DNA from: Blastocladiella emersonii ATCC 22665
Taxonomy: Eukaryota; Fungi; Blastocladiomycota
Assembly (NCBI GenBank): GCA_025594325.1
Contig: JANHCV010000011.1
Coordinates: 1,436,810-1,500,809 of the forward strand
Reading direction: 5' to 3'
DNA length: 64,000 bases
Shown: piece by piece, positions 58,601 through 64,000 of the stretch
Layout of the letters: every line of letters starts with the position of its first letter
Position numbering within the stretch: the first letter of the stretch is position 1
Position numbers and translations under genes: made by a program
The notes under the pieces: model-generated
What the model was told of the DNA's origin: nothing
What the model saw: only the letters and a program-made list of their open reading frames with translations
The model's database searches: none

Positions 58601-59960
58601 CCGCAAACTCGCGGTTGGGCCCGACGTGGCGCAGCCCCGACCCGGCCTCGAGCGTGATGCCGAACCCGTGCGCGTCCTCGTCGTGGTCGGCGTCGCCCGT
58701 CTCGACCGTGAGCCGGTTGATCTCGCACACGACGTAGAAGAGGTTCCGCAGGAGCGGCGACTCGACGGCGCCCTGCGGGAACCCGCGCTTGATGCGGACC
58801 TCGTCCGACAGGCCGTACGCTGTGAGCACGCGCGCGGTGCGCCCGTGCAGCATGCCGTCGAAGTAGAAGTCAACAAACTCGAACGAATTCGGGGGGCAGC
58901 CGGATGCGCCGCATGGCGCGCTTGAGCAGGGCGTGCGGCACCGAGTCAAACGCCTTGGACTTGTCCTCGAAGTAGGCCCACAGCGGACCGTCCTCGATGC
59001 GCGCCTTGAGCGCGGCGGCGTGCAGGATCGCGATCGGCGTCGTCGTGTCGGTGCCCGGGATCGCCGAGTACCTCGCGCCCTGCAGGACGTCGTGCTCGCG
59101 CAGGACCGGGTGCAAACGCTCGAGCAGGATCTTCATGAGCACCTTGGACGCGGTCTCGCGAGGTCCGTGAACCCGGCGCTTGTCTTGGGGACCAGGTAGA
59201 TGAGGCCCGTCTTCCACGACGCGGGCGCGGACCGCGTGCGCAGGCACGCCGCAAACAGGGCGAGCAGCGCCGTGTGCGTCTTCTCGCTGGCCTGCTCGAG
59301 GAGCCGGACCGTGAGCCCGGTTCCGCCGGGCGCCTTGTCCTTGCCCGACGCGGCGAGCACGTCGGCGAGCTCCTTGTGCGTCGGCGCGGCCATGAGCCCG
59401 TTCCACACGTTGTCGTTAATGCGCTGGAGCGGCGCGAACGCGTCCTGCCACCGGCCGAGCAGCGGCTGCGCGTCGGGGTCGCCGCCGCCGTCGCCGTCCT
59501 CGTAACGGCAGAACCAGCCCTGGACCTGCTCGGCGACGACGCGCTCGACCTCGTCGGGCTCGCGCGTGATGATCGGGCCGTCCCCAGCGTCGCCGTCGGG
59601 CGGGGCGGGGCACTGGACGCGGTCGCCGGTCGCCTGCGCGCGCCTGGTCCGCGTCGCGGAGTCGATGAAGCAGCGCAGCTTGTGCTCGAACTGGTCGTCG
59701 CGCGAGTCGGTGCGCTCCTCGAGGCGGCGGCGGGCCGTGATGATGACGCATGTAGTTGTCGCGGGCGAAACGGCCGCGGCCATGCGGTCGAGGAGCACCG
59801 CGAGGTTGTCGCCGCTGACGCGGAGCGGCGCGAGTGCAGGGCTCTGCGCGCTCCAGTTCACCCACGCGACGAGGAGCGGGCGCCACTGCGCAAAGTGGGG
59901 GCGCTCGACCAGGCGGTTGGTGGCGGGAGCGATGCGCATCGCGTGGGGCACGAGCGGCGG
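55700..59960 (-). mobile_element. Decayed, 5-prime-truncated non-LTR retrotransposon ORF2: reverse transcriptase + RNase H + C-terminal Cys/His finger
   Basis: KAPG, WKTGLIYLVPK, DKSKAFDSV, RGFPQGAVESPLL, AYMDD, RYLGVF; RNase H YADG...RAEI...YSDSQ...VRGH...NIADRAAK; C-terminal CSC...HWLQC. Frameshifts near 59170, 58900 and 57250. No endonuclease domain was found. Confidence 0.92.
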
Positions 59961-59989
59961 CGAGCTCCTCGAACGCGAAAAAAGCGTCG

Positions 59990-60730
59990 CCTTCGGGCGC
60001 GCCACAGACAATCACCGCAAGCTCGGCGTCTGCGACCGCGAAATACTTGGCGAGGAGGTGCGCCACGAACCAGCGCGCGCGCAGGATGGGGGCGGGCGAG
60101 TTGACGAGCGCGTGCAGCAGGTGCATGCCGCGGACCGCGGGGACGTGCGCGAGCAGTCGGTGCGTGGCAAGGAGGACGGCCTTGAAGTGGCGTGCGCGGC
60201 GGGCGACAGGGCAACGGCGCCGGGGGAATCGCCGCCGAGGAGGTGCAGGGCGAAGCGGTCCGTCGGCGGCGCGGCATCCACCTCCACGGCTAGAGAGAGA
60301 GGGGGCCGAATTCGAACGTCAGGAACGAGTTATGTGGCGGATTGCGCGCGCAGCGAGCGTACCGTCGGCATCCTCAGATGCACCGCTGAGCGAAGCGGTC
60401 CAGCGGCGCTTGCCGGGGAATCGACAGCGGGGCTGCGGGAGGGCGACTCGTTCTGCGGAGCGGCGTGCACGATGAGTGCGACGAGGTCGAGGACGAGCGG
60501 GCGGCACGCGGCGACGACGGCGCGGGTGAAGCGCGGGTCGGCGAGCACGGCAGCGAGCGCGGTGAAGGCGGCCTCCTTGGCGTGGCGGTCCAGCGGTGAT
60601 GGCGCAGACTCGGGGAAGGAGAAGCGAGGGTGGAGGGGGTGTCCGGGCCAGGTGCAGCCGGCTCACTTGCGGCAGCGGCGAGGACGGTGCTGGCGAAGTG
60701 CAGGTTGGCGATGTTGGGTTGATAGCATTG
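59990..60730 (-). pseudogene. Intron-containing fragment resembling the midasin (MDN1/Rea1) N-terminal domain
   Basis: FTRAVVAACRPLVLDLV and RARWFVAHLLAKYFAVADAE resemble midasin N-terminal motifs. GTGAGC donor near 60666. Abuts the retroelement; no AAA domains are present. Confidence 0.45.
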
Positions 60731-63700
60731 CGGCAAGTTGCGAGAAGTGAGGGCGAGTAGGGAGCACACAAGTTTGGAGTAGGTGCAGAGAGAGGCGGCG
60801 GCGGGAGCGGGTCGCACAACACCAGCCGAAGAGGCTCCTGCCACTTCGATCAGCAGCCACGCGAGGCCGTGCCGCTCCTCGTTCCCTCTCCCTCTCCACT
60901 CCTTCTCCCTCTCCCCTCTCTGGCCTGGAACGCTACCACACTCCATGCAACTTGTTCCAAATGATACATGACCTCTCTTGCTGCAACTTGTTTGCCCTCC
61001 CAATGAGACCACGGCGCTGGCCCTGCGCGTTGGGGCGGAAGCGTGCGTCGCCGCGTGTACACGGCTCACCGCGGGATGCGGGCAGTATCGCGTGCGGGAC
61101 ATGGCGCAATCCGCCAACCGTCCGTGAGACAAGGTGGCGGCGTTCGCCGCCAAGACGGCGGGTTGCTCGTTCTTGCCGCTCTCCGCTGTGTCTACGCAAC
61201 CATGATCGGGCGGCCCTCGCTTGATATCGACCAGGCGTGCGAGCCCGCGGCGCGCACAGCGCTGCGCGACGGGGCTCACGCAGGTCGCAGTTGCGCGCCC
61301 GCTGCGCCGCAACAAAGCGCGCTCGCCGCGCACCCAATCAGCCAGGACCCGTCGCGTCGCCGTCCCTTGCGATCGTGGCCGTGAACTCGCCTCACCCGCC
61401 CACTTGTCCTGTTCGCCTGCGCGCTCGATCCATCCGCGCGTCCGCCCCACCTGCTCGCTCGTCCCACCGCCCACGGGCGCGGTCCATTGTTGCGTGCACA
61501 AGGACCACGTTCTCGTCGCCCTAGGTCCCGCTCGCGCTCTCTGTCGCGCACGTGCCCGTCGCATCGACCGCGCGGTTCATCTTACCGCGCGCACCTGTCG
61601 CGCGGCGCGAGCTCGCCCCGCCCATGTGCTTTTCCCGCCGCGTGCGCCAGCTGTCATTGCGCCCGTCACTGTCACGGTTTGGTGATCCGACGGCTCGGGC
61701 TGGTGGCGCGGGCTGGTGGCGCAGTCCCTCATAAGCCGAGCGTTGCCCTCGCTGTCCCTCTCTCTTGTCATTCGTGATACAATCCTTCATTATCCGGCTA
61801 GTCATTCCTCGTGGCGCAAGACCCTCCCCCTCTGCACCTTACAGTCACACCCGCCTGCATGCGCCATTCACCACCGCGTTTGACCCATCAGTGCGCGCAA
61901 CGACCGCACGCGATTCGACCAAGCGCGTGCAGGGACTGTGTGCTCGTCGCGTTGCGTACGGGAGTAGCGCTGAGGGCGGTGCAGCGGTGCTGTTTGATGC
62001 CGCGTTGCTCGCCGGCATCGCTCCGCCAGCAGTCGCGGTCGTGGGCGTGTCGCTGCTCTTGCGCGCACATACTTATCGCGCTTGTGAGCGCGCGCATATG
62101 ACTCGCCTGCTAGATCGACCCGCGCACCCGATTGCGTGACCCGCGCGCCACTGCCATGACCGTCTACCTTGGATGCAACTGTGAGTCCGCCATCGCGCCG
62201 CCAATAGGACGCAATTTGGACAGAGCGCGCGGCGAGTGCGCCCTGAAGCAACAAAGAGCTACTTGACCCCAGTCGGTTGCGCCGCGTCAATAGAGAATTG
62301 CGTTGCAACCACGCGATCTTCGTGGCGCAACTGCTTGCCGCGTCGCTGGGTGTGTAGAAATGCTTTTCCTCGCCCCGCGGCCGTCACGATTGGACTTGTG
62401 AGCCTCTGAGAGCTGTTGTAACGGAATCGGAGACGCTGCATGCGCGTCCAACACAGCTGCCTTACTCTCACTCAACTGCTGCAGCTCGGTACCACCATCT
62501 GCGCCGCTGCCTGGCCTCATAGCGGCGGACGTGTTCGCAGCCACGCCCATCAACTTGCAGCGCGTGTGCGCGCTCATAAACGAGTGCTACAACTGTCACG
62601 CGTCCCTATCTCGCAATGCGGTATTGGCGAACGCTTGAGCACTAAATGAACGGCGCGGAGCATCGTTACGCGATTTCCTCGCTGCTTGGATACGCAAGAG
62701 CTGAGCGGGATCACGCGCTCTTAGCGCATCTACGCCCTACACGCCGCGCTCACGGAGCAAAAAGAATCTAAAGCGAAGAGAGAAACTTATCAAACAGGGT
62801 ATTAACGGCGCGTTGATGCCTCAGAAAACGTGTGGGACGTGGCCTGGGACGACTAAGGGGATCGGACCTGGTCAAAGTGCATCTCAAACCCACGCGCAAC
62901 GCGAGTCTACCTGTGCATGGAGCGCGTCATCAACGAGCCAAAACGCGGCCAGAAAACACAGAAATGTTGCGCTGGGCAAGAAGAGAGCAATGGGTCTGTC
63001 TTGCGCGTGAAAGCGAAGCAAGCGTGATTGCAGAGTTCTGCACGCACGCGCGAATGTACACCCCGCGTTTTAAACTGTACACTCTTGAGCGGGACGATAG
63101 GCCTCTGAGTGGCGGTGCAGACAGTCCGTCAATACTTCAAGACCGCGCGACGGATATAAAACAAGGGGGCTGAGAATCGGACTTTACGAGCATACGTTGC
63201 AGAGCAAGTCAACGCGGATAAGGGTGCATAAATAGAATTGCCATACGGTGCCAGCAATCAAGAAGAAGTGTTGCGTGTCGTTCATGCGGCCGTGACAGCA
63301 GTGATCGGTCATCTGATCTCGCGTGAGCCGCCCGCACCCCTCGCTCCCGCGCCGCCGCACCCCGCTGCGGCGCGCCCTGCTTTATTATCGATTCTCCCCT
63401 CTCCCCGTCTTGGGTTCGAGGCCGAAGGCAGGAAATAGACATCCCTGACTACTTGTCTCCTGCCTCCTTATGTGGGCATCAACACTGGTCAAAAAAAAAC
63501 GTGTGAAATTTAAGCAGAGTTGAGGCAAACCAAGTGCTGCGGCGCAAGCGAACGTAATGGAAGACGAGGATTGTGAGCAAATCCTCATGAATCATCATTA
63601 ATGGACCCGCAATATGATCCGAATGACTGTCCACTGATAGAACCTGTGCATAAAAAAAGTGGGCATAGTACGACTTGGTTACGAATTCAATGGGGAGCAA

Positions 63701-64000
63701 AGATCGTAAACTTGATACTTCATGTAGCGGGAAAACCTGAACAGCAATCAATGGGAGTGATAGAGGAGAATAGAAACGAGAGATTAGAGCAGAAAACAAT
63801 GAAATATCAACGCCAAACACACTTTTCAAAATGGACGGCGGAGCGTGGTGAGGATTTCACAGTTCCGACTGCACAATCGTCATGTGTATAATATTATAAA
63901 TGTGCGGCTTATACATTGAGCGTATTTGTAAAGCGGGATTACGTAAAATGTTAATCTGGCTGAGAAACAATTAATTCAAAATCGTCGCAATTACATTTTT

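Noticed and set aside
542-59606. Many long overlapping or antisense ORFs (e.g. 3663-4955 -, 13146-14912 +, 23424-25508 +, 10641-12383 -, 39406-40707 -)
   Set aside because: They are shadow frames of real genes. High GC3 removes stops from other frames, and the translations are Arg/Gly/Ala-rich with no motifs.
1-64000. Genome-wide TAG reassignment as an explanation for the JmjC stop
   Set aside because: Kinesin, cactin, CDT2, SDR-B and paralog 1 end normally at TAG.

Overview
Eukaryotic, very GC-rich, gene-dense genomic DNA with short spliceosomal introns (about 50-90 nt, mostly GTACGC/GTGCGT/GTGAGC donors, CTGAC/CTAAC branch points, YAG acceptors). Gene content and style suggest a zoosporic fungus, probably Blastocladiomycota (inference). 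Bases 1-51200 hold about 20 genes, many in head-to-head pairs: kinesin-3, AIP1, CPSF73/YSH1, a TmcB/C-like membrane protein, uL11m, Cdt2, an FAD oxidoreductase, FSH1, an Ivy1-like I-BAR protein, a RhoGEF, cactin, two SDR paralogs flanking a disrupted JmjC gene, a PAS-PAS protein and a kinase-like gene. The most notable features are: (1) one uninterrupted ORF fusing a degenerate coproporphyrinogen oxidase-like domain, uroporphyrinogen decarboxylase and porphobilinogen deaminase; (2) three dispersed single-pass membrane paralogs sharing an unannotated cytoplasmic domain with a GrpE/IRKI-like C-terminus; (3) a JmjC gene with a TAG at a conserved Trp position and a kinase with both catalytic Asp codons read as Asn, all three correctable by A-to-I editing; (4) a decayed RNase H-bearing non-LTR retrotransposon sitting between midasin-like fragments; (5) two recurrent promoter motifs. 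Bases 51200-64000 are gene-poor and decayed and end in an AT-rich segment. Most long ORFs in the supplied track are GC-driven shadow frames. No rRNA, tRNA or CRISPR array was recognised. All homology calls are from motif recognition by eye, not from database searches.
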